Shown here piece after piece: positions 9,101 through 21,400 of a stretch of DNA of 35,117 nt. The stretch comes from Candidatus Micrarchaeota archaeon (GTDB lineage Archaea > Micrarchaeota > Micrarchaeia > Norongarragalinales > WALN01), in the NCBI GenBank assembly GCA_015522865.1, contig WALN01000064.1, forward strand, positions 1 through 35,117, in the 5' to 3' direction. Under the pieces are notes generated by a model. It did no database searches. It was not told the origin of the DNA and worked only from the letters and a program-made list of their open reading frames with translations. How positions within the stretch are numbered: position 1 is the stretch's first letter; every line of letters starts with the position of its first letter. The translations under genes and the position numbers were made by a program.

Positions 9101-11017
9101 CTATAAAATAATTGGTAATATCATCGCAGCTATTCCGCCCACAAAGATAGCAAATGCTATTTCAAATACAGATATTACTATTGCCTTTTTTACTCCAAGT
9201 TCTTTTATCAAAGCCGCTATTGTAGCCACACATGGAATATAAAGCATACTAACTATTGCGAATACCATCATTTGAACTGAGGATAGTACCAATGAAAAAT
9301 TAGTTGTGTTAAATATAGACGCAAGCATAACGAGGATAAGTTCCTTGCGGAGAATTCCGAATATGAGTAGCGTCCCTGTTATTGTTGGTAGATGCAACCA
9401 CCCCACAGTTATTGGGCCAATTAGCTCAGACATTACTCTTAACCATCCTAATATTTGCATTATTCTTATAAGGACTGTTACTGCGATAATTACAGGAAAT
9501 GCGATATATATAAACTCCTTAATTCTGAACCACGCCTGCTTTAAAGCTATTTTTATCTGCGGTATGTGATATCTCGGCATCTCCATTATTAGCCCTACTG
9601 GCTTTCCAGGAAGTATAAAATTCACTGTTTTCCCAATTAGAAATATAATTACTAAATCTAGAGCATAGAGCGCAAAGGCCCATTTTATGCCCACAAATTT
9701 TCCTACGAGCCCCAGTATTATAACTGTTCTTGCAGCGCACGGAACTAAAGTAGAGAGAAAAGCAGTAATTGTTTTTTCCCTTTCCGTTTCCATTATCCTG
9801 CTTGCGAGAACTGCCGGCACATTGCAACCATAGCCTAAAAACATTGGTATGAATGCTTTTCCATGGATACCTAACTTGTGCATAATATTGTCTGTAAGAA
9901 ATGCAATTCTTGCGAGATACCCCGAATCTTCGAGAAGTGCCAACAATATGTAGAAAGGTGCGATGTACGGAAGCACTATCACCAGCGCTGCTACTATTCC
10001 CTCATAAGCCGAAGAAATTATTTCTCTTAGCCAAACATTTTTGACCCAATGAGAAATTAGCATATTCGCGCCACTTAGAAATTCTTCCAGATATCCCGAA
10101 AACAAATCTCCCAATTTAAATATTGTATAAAGTATTATTCCTATAACAAGGGCCATGATAATGTAACCTAAAACAGGATGAGTAGTGAGTTCATCTAATT
10201 TTTCTTCCAGAGATATTGCAGTTTTACCTTTTTTCAGTACTTTCTTTATTATTTCCGCAACCAGTTTGTATCTTTCCATTGCGAATATTTGTCCTATTTT
10301 TTTGTGAAAAATTTTTTCCAGTTCTTTTCTGTATGCCGTAGCCTTCTGCAAAATTTTTCTGTCTTTTGTTTCTCTAACTATTTTCTTGTCATTTTCAATT
10401 AATCGTATAGCAGTCCACCTGGGAAAGTCGCTTAATTTTTTGCCTGAAAGTTGCTCTTTCAGTTTGGATATTTTGCACTCTATTCTATTTTCGAATTTTA
10501 TAGTTGCAGGTTTTTCCTTTTTTCTATATGCCTCTATTGTTTTTTCAATCAATTTGTATGTTCCTTTCCCTTCAGTAGCCACCATAGGGACAACAGGGGC
10601 GCCTAAAATTTTGGATATTTTTTTGTAATTTATTTTTATTCCGTTTTTCTTTGCAACATCAATTTGATTTAACCCTACAACTGTTGGAATTCCCAGCTCT
10701 AAAAGCTGTAATGTGAAGAATAAATTTCTTTCAAGATTTGCAGCATCTATTATATTTATGATTACATCTGGTTTTTCAGTGATTATAAATTCTCTTGAAA
10801 CTATTTCTTCCTCAGAAAATGTCGAAAACGAGTATATGCCCGGCAGGTCTATTATTTCTATTTCGTAATTTTTAAAAAACAATTTTCCTTCCGCTTTCTC
10901 TATAGTTTTTCCGGGCCAGTTACCTATGTGCTGATGAAAGCCCGTCAATTGATTAAACACAACTGACTTTCCGACATTGGCATTACCTGCCAGAACCACC
11001 TTCAATTTCTTTTTCAT
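9101..11017 (-). CDS. feoB: Ferrous iron transporter B
   Basis: GNANVGKS, GNWPGKT, DLPGIYS GTPase motifs; LEDSGYLAR, GYGCNVPA, YIPCVAT membrane motifs. Confidence 0.96.
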   Translation of the reverse strand: MKKKLKVVLAGNANVGKSVVFNQLTGFHQHIGNWPGKTIEKAEGKLFFKNYEIEIIDLPGIYSFSTFSEEEIVSREFIITEKPDVIINIIDAANLERNLFFTLQLLELGIPTVVGLNQIDVAKKNGIKINYKKISKILGAPVVPMVATEGKGTYKLIEKTIEAYRKKEKPATIKFENRIECKISKLKEQLSGKKLSDFPRWTAIRLIENDKKIVRETKDRKILQKATAYRKELEKIFHKKIGQIFAMERYKLVAEIIKKVLKKGKTAISLEEKLDELTTHPVLGYIIMALVIGIILYTIFKLGDLFSGYLEEFLSGANMLISHWVKNVWLREIISSAYEGIVAALVIVLPYIAPFYILLALLEDSGYLARIAFLTDNIMHKLGIHGKAFIPMFLGYGCNVPAVLASRIMETEREKTITAFLSTLVPCAARTVIILGLVGKFVGIKWAFALYALDLVIIFLIGKTVNFILPGKPVGLIMEMPRYHIPQIKIALKQAWFRIKEFIYIAFPVIIAVTVLIRIMQILGWLRVMSELIGPITVGWLHLPTITGTLLIFGILRKELILVMLASIFNTTNFSLVLSSVQMMVFAIVSMLYIPCVATIAALIKELGVKKAIVISVFEIAFAIFVGGIAAMILPIIL

Positions 11018-11258
11018 TAATTTTCACCAAAATTTTTGCAGCAAGCCCCCTTCCAATCACAAGTCTCGATCCCCTAACGTACAATTCAACCGGCCCTCTG
11101 AAGCTACTATTTCTCAAAATTTTTATTTTTGTGTTTGAAGTTAGCCCCATTTCAGCAAGCCGCTGCGTAGAAGTAATGCCGCCCATTATTTCCACTATCT
11201 TTGCTTGCTCTCCTCTTTTCAACGATAATAATGGGACGGTTTTGTACAATTTTATCAC
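10983..11258 (-). CDS. feoA: FeoA family protein
   Basis: RLAEMGL...GPVELYVRGSRLVIGRGLAAKILV; directly upstream of feoB. Confidence 0.92.
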   Translation of the reverse strand: MIKLYKTVPLLSLKRGEQAKIVEIMGGITSTQRLAEMGLTSNTKIKILRNSSFRGPVELYVRGSRLVIGRGLAAKILVKINEKEIEGGSGR

Positions 11259-11326
11259 ATAAATGAAATGAAGATATTTCTTAATTTTTCCAATTTTTTT
11301 AAACGTTTTGCTTATGGAAATTAAGC

Positions 11327-12349
11327 CTACCCAAAAAAGCTTCTTGCAAGTTCGTATAATTCTGCATTAACCGTTTTTGTTCCTTCTGTAGCTTTTTTTA
11401 AATCAACTGGCGTTATTTCTTCGCCTTTAACTGCAGCCATCTTCCCAAACCTACCTTCATCAACAAAATCTATTGCAGCAGCTCCCAGTCTAGTCCCCCA
11501 TATTCTGTCAGTTGATGTTGGCGCGCCGCTTCTTTGAATATGCCCTAAAACAACTGCCCTTGTTTCAATGCCTGTTTTCTTTTGTATTAATTTTGCGATT
11601 CTCTCGCCAGTTTTCAATTCAGATAAATTGATATGGCCGAAGGCGTCTTTCTCCACCTTTTCCAGAACATCCACTTTCACCCCTTCAGAAACCGCTATAA
11701 TTGCATAGCTTTTTCCCTGCTTTTTTCTCTCCACCAATCTCTCGCATAATCCGTCCAAATCAAGTGGGACTTCTGGAATTAGTACTGCATGCGCTCCTCC
11801 TGCCAAGCCAGCCATCAACGTAATCCAGCCCGCCTGCCTTCCCATTAGTTCAACAACAATAATTCTGTGATGGGATTTCGCTGTTGAATGCAGACGTTCA
11901 ATAGCATTTGTTGCTGTTTGTGTTGCAGTATCAAAGCCCAATGTGTAGTCTGTGAAATTTAAATCTCTGTCAATTGTTTTTGGAACCCCGACAATACGCG
12001 CTCCTTTTTCATACAACTTAGCAGCAACTCCCAACGTGTCCTCGCCGCCCATTGCGATTAATGCGTTAATTTCTAATTTTTCTAAATTTTTGATTATTTG
12101 CTCTGAGCCGCCTTCGATAGCAAATGGGTTTGTCCTTGAACTTCCCAAAATAGTTCCACCCTCTTTATAAATATCTTCAACATCTTTTCTTTTCAACTCA
12201 AATATTTGTGGGGGGCTAAGCAATCCTTTCCATCCATCTCTTATCCCGACAATTTCATAACCTTTTTCGATCCCTCTTATAACTACCGCTCTTATCGCTG
12301 CATTAAGGCCGGGCGCATCTCCCCCGCCTGTCAGAACACCTATTTTCAT
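11327..12349 (-). CDS. pfkA: PfkA-family 6-phosphofructokinase, PPi-type signature
   Basis: TGGGDAPGLNAAIR, GGTILGSSR, GGEDT, PKTID, ELMGR, LGHIQR. Confidence 0.92.
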   Translation of the reverse strand: MKIGVLTGGGDAPGLNAAIRAVVIRGIEKGYEIVGIRDGWKGLLSPPQIFELKRKDVEDIYKEGGTILGSSRTNPFAIEGGSEQIIKNLEKLEINALIAMGGEDTLGVAAKLYEKGARIVGVPKTIDRDLNFTDYTLGFDTATQTATNAIERLHSTAKSHHRIIVVELMGRQAGWITLMAGLAGGAHAVLIPEVPLDLDGLCERLVERKKQGKSYAIIAVSEGVKVDVLEKVEKDAFGHINLSELKTGERIAKLIQKKTGIETRAVVLGHIQRSGAPTSTDRIWGTRLGAAAIDFVDEGRFGKMAAVKGEEITPVDLKKATEGTKTVNAELYELARSFFG

Positions 12350-12417
12350 TTTCCTGCCTCGCTTAATTTACAAATTTACGCCGTAAGTTTAAAATTCTTA
12401 AATTAAAAATCTAAAAA

Positions 12418-13434
12418 TTATTCTCCTCTTATTACTTCAACATCTTCGATTCTTTCAGCATATTTTTTATACCATGGAGTTCCGTGTTCTCTTACTATTG
12501 ATGAAAGCTCATTTAATCTTTCTATTCCGGTTGTTTTTAGAAATTGTTCTAAGTTTTTGTTAATCACTCCTTCTTTCCATATCGCTCTCCCAGCAAGAAA
12601 TCCGGAAGCGCCATTTCTCGCTGCATACTTTACATTCTCTTTGAACTCTGGATAATCCACTCCAGCACTGAGCACAACCCACGGAGTCCTCGAAGCTGTA
12701 TCCAATCTTCTGCATGCTACGTCCGGGTCTTGTTTGAGTGATTTTGCATATTTTAAGTTGAGCGGGAATTCTGATTTTAAGACATCTATTCCGTATTCTT
12801 CTCTTGTCAGCTCTTCGGCGGTTTCGATGACAATATCCGGCTTGAGCTTAGCAAATTTTTCTGGTTCTTTTTTTGGATGCGGTTCCCCCTCAATTGGGTG
12901 TGCCACTGGTTCAAGCAAGAATGCGATATCAAATTTTTTGCATGCCTCTCCCACTTTCCTTATCATTTCTTCCTGATGCTCATGTGTTGGTCCATTTTTT
13001 CTATAATAAACAAGCATTTTCACTGCAGCTCCTCCCCTCTTTTTTATTTTTTCTACTGCTCCCTCCGCGTCCAGGCCATCGAATATACTTACCTTTGGAG
13101 CGTATTCTCCTTGTCCGCCATAGCCAGAGGATTCAATTCCCATAAGCATCCCTACATATGACTTAATCTCGCAGCTTTTTAGGAATTCTCTCTCGTACGA
13201 AAATTGAGGGTCAACTAATACTCCAGATGCGGTATTCTGCGTGCCTCTGCCCGCCAAATATTTTATTAAATCTCTTTTAACTTCCTTCATTTGTTCTGGG
13301 GTTACTGAACCTGGGTCTTTTGGATTAATCATTTTTTTGAGCGAGCCTCTCTGGTCTGTTGCCACCATCATGAATAGCCCTTCTATACTTGCAATATGTA
13401 TAATACCTTCAAATTTTCCATTTGTTATTTCCAT
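12418..13434 (-). CDS. LacD-family class I aldolase (tagatose/fructose-1,6-bisphosphate aldolase)
   Basis: ATDQRGSL, VKMLVYY, DVLKSEFP, PWVVLSAGV, ASGFLAGRAIWKE. Confidence 0.87.
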   Translation of the reverse strand: MEITNGKFEGIIHIASIEGLFMMVATDQRGSLKKMINPKDPGSVTPEQMKEVKRDLIKYLAGRGTQNTASGVLVDPQFSYEREFLKSCEIKSYVGMLMGIESSGYGGQGEYAPKVSIFDGLDAEGAVEKIKKRGGAAVKMLVYYRKNGPTHEHQEEMIRKVGEACKKFDIAFLLEPVAHPIEGEPHPKKEPEKFAKLKPDIVIETAEELTREEYGIDVLKSEFPLNLKYAKSLKQDPDVACRRLDTASRTPWVVLSAGVDYPEFKENVKYAARNGASGFLAGRAIWKEGVINKNLEQFLKTTGIERLNELSSIVREHGTPWYKKYAERIEDVEVIRGE

Positions 13435-13498
13435 ATAACCTCCTCTTATATTTGTAAATTAAAATAAATAATTTTGTATTTTTTTATATTTTTTTAGT

Positions 13499-13783
13499 CT
13501 ATGTCTTTGTCAATTCTTCAACTTCTTTCTTTCCTTTCTCTATTTCCTGTACTTGCTTTTCGTCCATTTTTTTCAACATCTCTAAGAATTCTCCAACATG
13601 TGTTTTTTCTTCATTTGCTATGTCTGTTAAAACTACTTTTATGTTCTCATTATTAGTTTCCTCAGCTAACTGCTCGTAGAAATTAATAGCATCTAACTCC
13701 GCAATCAGCCCCCACCTTAAAATTTCTTTATCTTTGAGTTTCTGGTTGAGATTTTTCAAGCTCATAGGAACGCTACCAAGCAT
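13499..13783 (-). CDS. Small ferritin-like/rubrerythrin-family diiron protein
   Basis: AELDAINFYEQLA and IANEEKTHVGEF (ExxH) motifs; 94 aa. Confidence 0.85.
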   Translation of the reverse strand: MLGSVPMSLKNLNQKLKDKEILRWGLIAELDAINFYEQLAEETNNENIKVVLTDIANEEKTHVGEFLEMLKKMDEKQVQEIEKGKKEVEELTKT

Positions 13784-13834
13784 CTTATCGCCTTTTTAAT
13801 TAACCTTACTTCTTTTTTAAATATTATCCATTAA

Positions 13835-14869
<1,035 letters not shown>

Positions 14870-14904
14870 TTCTCCCCAACAAAATAAAGTTAAGGAGTGA
14901 ATGC

Positions 14905-16122
14905 ATGGAATTCTATACATGGAAAGATTTTCAACTCAAAGAAAAAAAAATTTTGCTAAGGTTAGACTTGAATTCCCCAGTTAAAAATGGAATTGTTGAA
15001 GATTCGCCGAGGATGAAAGCACATGCATCTACTGTTGAGTTGTTGTTAAAAGAAGGTGCAGGCGTGGTGGTTTTAGCGCATCAGAGCAGGAGGGGAAAAG
15101 CTGATTTTACAGACCTTTCTCAGCATGCACGACTTCTTGAAGAACACTTAGGAAGGGAAGTAAAATTCGTTGATGATGTGATTGGAGAGAAAGCAAAAAG
15201 CGCTATTAAGGAGTTGAAAAGTGGAGAGGTGTTGATGCTTGATAATGTTAGGAAACTTGACAGTGAAACTGCAAAGCTCTCACCAGAGGAGCACGCAAAA
15301 GGAGAGGTGGTTTTGGCACTCGCCCCTTTTTTCGACTATTACATCAATGATGCGTTTTCAGTCTGCCATCGTTCTCAAGCGAGCATAGTTGGCTTCCCCT
15401 TAGTTCTGAGGTCAGGGGCAGGGCCCGTTTTGGTGGGTGAGTATACCGCAGCACAAAAATTAATCGCTGAAATTAAGCGCCCTGTTGTTTATCTAATCGG
15501 CGGAAAAAAAATTGATGAGGTTTTTGAATTAATGAAGACGAATCTTGAGAACGGAAAAGTTGATAAAATATTAGTTGTGGGGGCAATTGCTCAGTTAGCT
15601 TTAGCTGCAAAAGGAGAGGAGTTGAGCGAATCAAACAGAAGCTTTGTTACCCAGAATTATGCCGGGTGGATCGATAAAATGAAAGAGTTGCTTACAAAAT
15701 TTTCTGACAAAATTGTTTTGCCTGTAGATTTTGCCGTTGAGGAAAATGCAGGCAGAGTGGAGTACGAGCTTGATAAATTGCCAGATGTTCTAATAGGCGA
15801 TATTGGCGAAAAAACTATAGCTCAATACAAAGAGATATTAGAAAATGCTAAAACTATTTTTGTCAAAGGGCCCGCAGGAATTTTTGAGAATTCATTGTTC
15901 ATGAAAGGAACAAAAGAATTGTTCAGTTTTGTCGCAGATTTGGATGCGTTTTCCCTCTTGGGCGGAGGGCATTCTTCAACTGCTCTCGAGCAGATTGGGA
16001 TTGAGGAAGGCAAATTCTCACACATCTCTCTTTCCGGCGGAGCACTTGTAGAGTTTTTAACTGGCAAGCCTCTACCTGGAATCGAGGCGCTGAAAAGATC
16101 AAAGCAGTTGTTCTCCTCCTGA
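14905..16122 (+). CDS. pgk: Phosphoglycerate kinase (archaeal-type)
   Basis: RLDLNSP, LAHQSR, NDAFSVCHRSQAS, GPAGIFE, GGGH, HISLSGGA. Confidence 0.95.
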   Translation: MEFYTWKDFQLKEKKILLRLDLNSPVKNGIVEDSPRMKAHASTVELLLKEGAGVVVLAHQSRRGKADFTDLSQHARLLEEHLGREVKFVDDVIGEKAKSAIKELKSGEVLMLDNVRKLDSETAKLSPEEHAKGEVVLALAPFFDYYINDAFSVCHRSQASIVGFPLVLRSGAGPVLVGEYTAAQKLIAEIKRPVVYLIGGKKIDEVFELMKTNLENGKVDKILVVGAIAQLALAAKGEELSESNRSFVTQNYAGWIDKMKELLTKFSDKIVLPVDFAVEENAGRVEYELDKLPDVLIGDIGEKTIAQYKEILENAKTIFVKGPAGIFENSLFMKGTKELFSFVADLDAFSLLGGGHSSTALEQIGIEEGKFSHISLSGGALVEFLTGKPLPGIEALKRSKQLFSS

Positions 16123-16287
16123 GATTCTACTGAAACCTATGGTTAAATCACAGAGAAATTGCTCCTATGATTTACGTGTTTTAAATACCGAGCTGATGGT
16201 TGTTGCAAATAGCAAAAGCTTATCCAGCGTTTATATTTATTAAATTTTCTGCACCAATTTATTTATCATTTATATTAACGCGATTAT

Positions 16288-17604
16288 ATGAAAATTATAA
16301 GACAGGCATATTACCTTCTTCTTGCTATAGTTTTTGTTCTGTTTGTTTATACCGTCTCCCTCCCAGTAGACAATGTTTTAAAGCTGTTGTTTGCTGTGGT
16401 TGAGCTGCTCAGCGCAAGCTACATACTCCAGCATTTGTTTAATTTTCAGCAGCAATACGGCATGCTTCTAATAAGAACAAAAAAAGGAGTACGTTTTGTA
16501 GATGTTGTTGCCAAAAAGTGGAAGAAATATTGGAAGTATGCGGTTGAGTTTGGTTTGGTTGCTGGCTTTGGGTTAATTTACGGCTATTTTGTGACCAAGA
16601 ATAAACGCAGATACGCAATATATTCTCTCATCACTCTTGTTTTCTTTGTGCTGATGGGATACTCTTTACTTCCTTCAGTACGGGCATTAAAGTTCTTAGT
16701 TATTGGCAGCGGTGCTGTTGGAGGTCTTTTTGGCTTTGGTTTATTTTTCATTCTATTTCAGGCCTTCAAAATTCTTACAATCCCAAATACGCCCGCTGGT
16801 ATCCAACCAGTTATACCGGGAACTGCGGGCTTCCCCTTTTTTGAGACCATAATTGCCATTATAATTATTGCAGTTACGCATGAACTTGCCCACGCAGTAA
16901 TTGCAAGAACCTGGAAAATAAAATTAAAATCGTTTGGTGCTCTTTTGTTCGGCTTCATCCCTGTTGGTGCATTTACAGAACCAGATGAAAAACAGCTTGA
17001 AAAATCAAATATCCAAGCAAGGAGAGAGGTGCTTGTTGCGGGAAGCACTGCAAACCTTATTTTCTTCCCGATTTTTATTTTACTGATGCTTCCGCTTGCT
17101 TTTCTCGCCTCGAGCATGGTTAATGGTGTGCAAATTCAAAATGTTGTTGCTAATAGCAGTGCTTCTAATGTATTGCATGAGGGAGAGCTAATTGTTTCAG
17201 TTAATGGAATTCAAATTAACAATACAAAAGATTTATCATATATTCTGAAAAATAAGAAAGAGGGCGATGAGCTGTTGGTAAAAACTGATGAAGGTATTAA
17301 AAAAATTATTTTAGGTAAGGGGGGGAAAATAGGCATATTTGTAAAAGAAGTTGTTTTACCTTCTAACAAATTCTTCTTTGCAATACTTTCATTTGTCGGC
17401 CGCATATTCTTCCTCTCAGCTCAACTTTCCTTTGCCTTAGCAGTTATTAATCTTCTCCCGCTCTTTATAACCGACGGCCATAGGATAATATTTGAAGAGC
17501 TGCGGGAAAAATTCGGCATTAAAAGAGCAGCAAAATATTCTGCGATAATCGGTATAATTACGCTCGCTATACTAGCATTGAATGCGCTCCCCTATTTCAC
17601 ATAG
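16288..17604 (+). CDS. Site-2 protease (peptidase M50) with PDZ domain
   Basis: HELAH, GAFTEPD, AGSTAN, NLLPLFITDG; PDZ-like soluble segment. Confidence 0.9.
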   Translation: MKIIRQAYYLLLAIVFVLFVYTVSLPVDNVLKLLFAVVELLSASYILQHLFNFQQQYGMLLIRTKKGVRFVDVVAKKWKKYWKYAVEFGLVAGFGLIYGYFVTKNKRRYAIYSLITLVFFVLMGYSLLPSVRALKFLVIGSGAVGGLFGFGLFFILFQAFKILTIPNTPAGIQPVIPGTAGFPFFETIIAIIIIAVTHELAHAVIARTWKIKLKSFGALLFGFIPVGAFTEPDEKQLEKSNIQARREVLVAGSTANLIFFPIFILLMLPLAFLASSMVNGVQIQNVVANSSASNVLHEGELIVSVNGIQINNTKDLSYILKNKKEGDELLVKTDEGIKKIILGKGGKIGIFVKEVVLPSNKFFFAILSFVGRIFFLSAQLSFALAVINLLPLFITDGHRIIFEELREKFGIKRAAKYSAIIGIITLAILALNALPYFT

Positions 17605-17673
17605 CTTGAGCTTAACGCCCCCCAAATATAAGAAAAGTTTTTAACTTCTTTCTCCCTATTCTCTTTAGGTTGT

Positions 17674-17961
17674 ATGAAAATAGAGATTTCTGGCCTTCCG
17701 AAAGGCGAAAAACTGTTTAAAGAGTCTATTCAGTATATCTGCGAAAAATCACTTTCAAAATTCGAATCTAGCATTAAATATTTCAAGCTGTATGTAAAAT
17801 CAATTCATGAGGGGCATGGCAAGAAAAAGTTTGAGTTAAACGCTCAGGTCGACCTTCTCAGGGGCCATTTCTCGGTTAGTATTGTTGACTGGGATATTTA
17901 TTTCGCTATAAAGAAACTGCTTAAAGAAGTGGAAGGCAAGCTAATTAAACTTAAAAAATAA
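17674..17961 (+). CDS. Small protein resembling the HPF/RaiA ribosome hibernation domain
   Basis: 95 aa; predicted beta-alpha-beta-beta-beta-alpha pattern ending WDIYFAIKKLLKEVEGKL; recognised by eye only. Confidence 0.5.
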   Translation: MKIEISGLPKGEKLFKESIQYICEKSLSKFESSIKYFKLYVKSIHEGHGKKKFELNAQVDLLRGHFSVSIVDWDIYFAIKKLLKEVEGKLIKLKK

Positions 17962-18013
17962 ACTATCGAGTTAAAAAAGATGCAGTCTATTATTTAGTAA
18001 GGGGGTGTAAAAT

Positions 18014-18319
18014 TTGAATAAAAAAATTATGAGTTTAGTGATGGTCGTGATTGGACTTTGTGCTACCGCTCTCTTTGTTTATCAGTTGAATCAGTACATT
18101 TCCACAAGTGCAACGTTTGGGCCGACAATGTCCAAACTAAATTCCTTAGCAGACAATCCATCTTCGCTTGCGGCACTCGGGATGAGTGCATCTGACATTG
18201 AGGCAACCAAAAATATTATTTATGGAACTACCAGCGGTATCATGAACGCTGCTGTATTAGACGTTGTAATCGCAGTAGTTTTTCTCGCAGCTGGACTTTT
18301 GACTTATCCAAACAAGTGA
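18014..18319 (+). CDS. Hypothetical membrane protein (two TM helices)
   Basis: TTG start after GGGGGTG SD; hydrophobic N- and C-terminal helices. Confidence 0.65.
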   Translation: MNKKIMSLVMVVIGLCATALFVYQLNQYISTSATFGPTMSKLNSLADNPSSLAALGMSASDIEATKNIIYGTTSGIMNAAVLDVVIAVVFLAAGLLTYPNK

Positions 18320-18415
18320 TTTCATGAAAAAGGAAATTCTTTAATCTTTTAATTTATTATAGCTGTGGTGATGAACTCTGTGGATATGCAGCCGTTTGGA
18401 AAGAGAAGTCTTAAT

Positions 18416-21400
18416 TTATTTTCCTTGTTGCTCCAGTTTAACATGAACTAGTTGCGAGCCCGCCTTAGTCATAGCTACCCCTATTAATGTATCTGCTTTT
18501 CTATATACGTCAAGATTGTGGGAAATCACTATAATTTGAGATTTATTTGATGCAAGTTTTTTTAATAATAGCGCGAGCTTGCGCGAGTTTTCGGGATCTA
18601 AAGCGGCGTCTGCTTCATCTAATATATAAATTGAAGAAGGATTGTACATTTGTATTGCAAGGATAAAAAGTAACGCGACCAGACTCTTTTCCCCCCCAGA
18701 CATGAGCTCTAGATATTTAATTGGTTTTCTTTCAAGTTTTATTTCCATAGTCAGCCCGCCTTCAAACGGTTGTTCTGGGTTTTCGAGTACCAGCGAGCCC
18801 TCTCCTGTAAAAATATGTTTAAATAATTTTTTAAAGTTTAAATTAAGGACGTCAAAAGTTTTCATGAAAGTGTTTGTTTTTTTAGTTTCTATTTCATTTA
18901 TTAAACCAATAACTGCTTCCTTTTCTCTCTCGAGTTGTTGCACCTGTTCAATCTGCGCTTCATACTGTTTCTTTTTTTCTTTAAACGCTTCTATCGACCT
19001 TAAATTTACCTCGCCTAAATCTGCGATTTTTCCTTCCAGTTCTTTTCTCTCTACGAATAGCTTCTCTTTTTTTTCGTTTATTATTTCTATAGACTCAAAC
19101 TCTTCGAATTCTGCTTTAAATATTGCAAGCGAGGATTCTAAAGACGCTTTTTCAGTTTCTAATTTGTGCAGTTCTCTTTCTATTTTCTCTTTCTCGAATT
19201 CTTTTTTGCCTTTTTCATTTCCAATTTTCGTTATTTGAGCGTCTATCTCTTCTCTCTGCTTAAAAAGCGATTGGAGTCTTGAGGAGATATTCTCCTGCTC
19301 TTTCTTTTTCTCACCCAGCTCCTTGGAGAGTTCTTTTATTCTTTCTTTATGCTCTTTAATTTCTTTAGATTTAGCTTCAATTTTTTTCATCGATTCTTCG
19401 AGGTTTTTCTTCAAATTTTTTATTTGTTTAATACGCATTTCATATGAATTGCCCAAAGATTTTATTTCGCTCTCCAATTCAACAATTTTGATTTTTAATT
19501 CAGACAAGTTTTTTTCTTTCTCCTTTATCTGCATCCCAAGCGTTTTTTCTTTTTCTACGTCCACATATTGCCTCGCGTCTACCAATTCTACATTTATCTT
19601 AGAGATTCTACGCACCAATTCATTTCTTTTTTCGTCCATTTTCTGTATATTCTCTTCAAGTTCTTTCACTTCTTCCATTGCTTTTCCAATAGCCTGCTTC
19701 AAATTATATTTTTTCTCCTCATCTTCAAGTTCTTTCTTATTTAAGTGCTCTAGCTCCAGCTCCTTTGACTTGCTTTCTATTTCTATCTTTGCCTTTTCTT
19801 TTCTTTTTTCTCTAATGCCTTTGTTTAGCTCGGCAACTTCTATTATTAATTTTTGCTTCTCTTCCTTATATTTTTCTATTTTTGCCTTCAACTCTTCCAT
19901 TTTTTTTTCTGCTCTAAGCGGATCAAAAATTACTGTTTTCCTACCGCCGCTTATTACGCCCGATTTTTCTACTATTTCTCCTTCTAATGTAACTATCCTT
20001 ACTTTATTTGCAAATTTTTTTGCTTCATTGATATTTTCTACTATAAGCGTGTTGGCACATGCATATTCAAAAGCTTTAGAAAATTTTTTGTCAAATTTTA
20101 AAATGTCCACTACATAGTCTATTGCCCCCTTTTCTCTTAGTAGCTTCTTGTCTCTCGCGTTTATGTAATAGAGCTTGTCCAATGGAATAAAAGACGCCTG
20201 TCCGCCCTTCTTCTTGAGAAATTCTACTGCTCTAATTCCGTCGTCAAATCTCTCTGCTATAAAATAATCTAAACGTTTTCCAAGTGCGGCCTCGACAGCT
20301 AACTCATACTTCTGGCTATAACTACACAAATTGTAAAGGGGCCCATTTATTCCTTTAAGCTGCCCTATCTGTTTGTATAAGTTTATTTTTTCGCTTCCTT
20401 TTTCTCCATAAGCTTTTACTCTAGCATTTAGGTTCATTATTTCTTCTCTTACGTTCAGAATGAGGTCTTCCAATATGCCTATCCTTCCATTTATTTCTTC
20501 AATTTTTTTATTATCTTCTTCAATTCCCCTTTCCAGCTTTTCATAATTTCCTTTTAAATCTTTCATTTTGTTTTCAATAGCTTTTTTTTGGATAGAATAA
20601 TCTTCCACTCTTCCTATTCTTAGCCTTTCAATTTCATCTCTTTTAACTCTTTTTACTTCGTCAAGTTTGCTTATTTCTCCCTGAATCTCAGCGAGGGCTT
20701 CCTTAGTTTTAATCATTTCTTCATTCAGTACTTCTATTCTCTTTTTAGATTCAAAATATTTACTCGAGAATTTCTCCGAAGCTTCCGTAATTTCTTTTAA
20801 TTCATTTCTTTTATTTTTTAGTATTTCCTGCACGCTATGAAGCTCCTCCTCCTTTTCCTTTTTTTGCTTTTCTAATGCCCTGCTTTCTTCTTCTATATTT
20901 TTCAGTTCTATACCCTCTTCTCTTTGCTTAGTTTCTGCTTCTTCTATTTCTTCTTTATCGTGCTTTATCATCGTTTGTCCTTCGCTCATCTTGCTGCTCA
21001 GCGTATCTATTTCTTTCTGAAGTTCTATTTCTCTATTCTGGCCCTTTTCCGAAATTATTTTGTTTATCTCATCTTTCTGTTTTTGTTTTTGCTTGATATT
21101 CTCTTCCAACTTACTGATTTCTTCTTTTAATTTAGAGGAGGACTCGCTAAATCCTTCCATTTTCTTCTCCGCACTTTTTAACTTGTCTTCCGTGTTTTTC
21201 AGGTCGCCATAAATTAAACTCCCTTTTACTTTTTTGAGCTGTTCCTGCAACTTAAGATAGCTTTCAGCATTTTCCTTTTCTCTTTCCAGTTCTTCTAGGT
21301 ATCCTTTTCTTTCTGAGAGTATAGCGGACGCACTGTTTAATTTGTCCTCCACTTCTTTTAGCTTTTCATACGCTTCTTTTTTCTTCTGCTCGTATTCAGC

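Noticed and set aside
16123..16287. Intergenic stretch after pgk as possible ncRNA or 67-aa ORF
   Set aside because: No convincing stems, boxes or protein motif
18361..18415. GTGATGA suggesting a C/D sRNA or fluoride riboswitch
   Set aside because: No CTGA box D, and no riboswitch pairing or downstream conserved motif found
18642..20117. Long plus-strand ORFs (198 and 264 aa) and similar antisense ORFs within proS, ileS, gap and others
   Set aside because: S/F/L-rich antisense shadows of K/E-rich genuine genes
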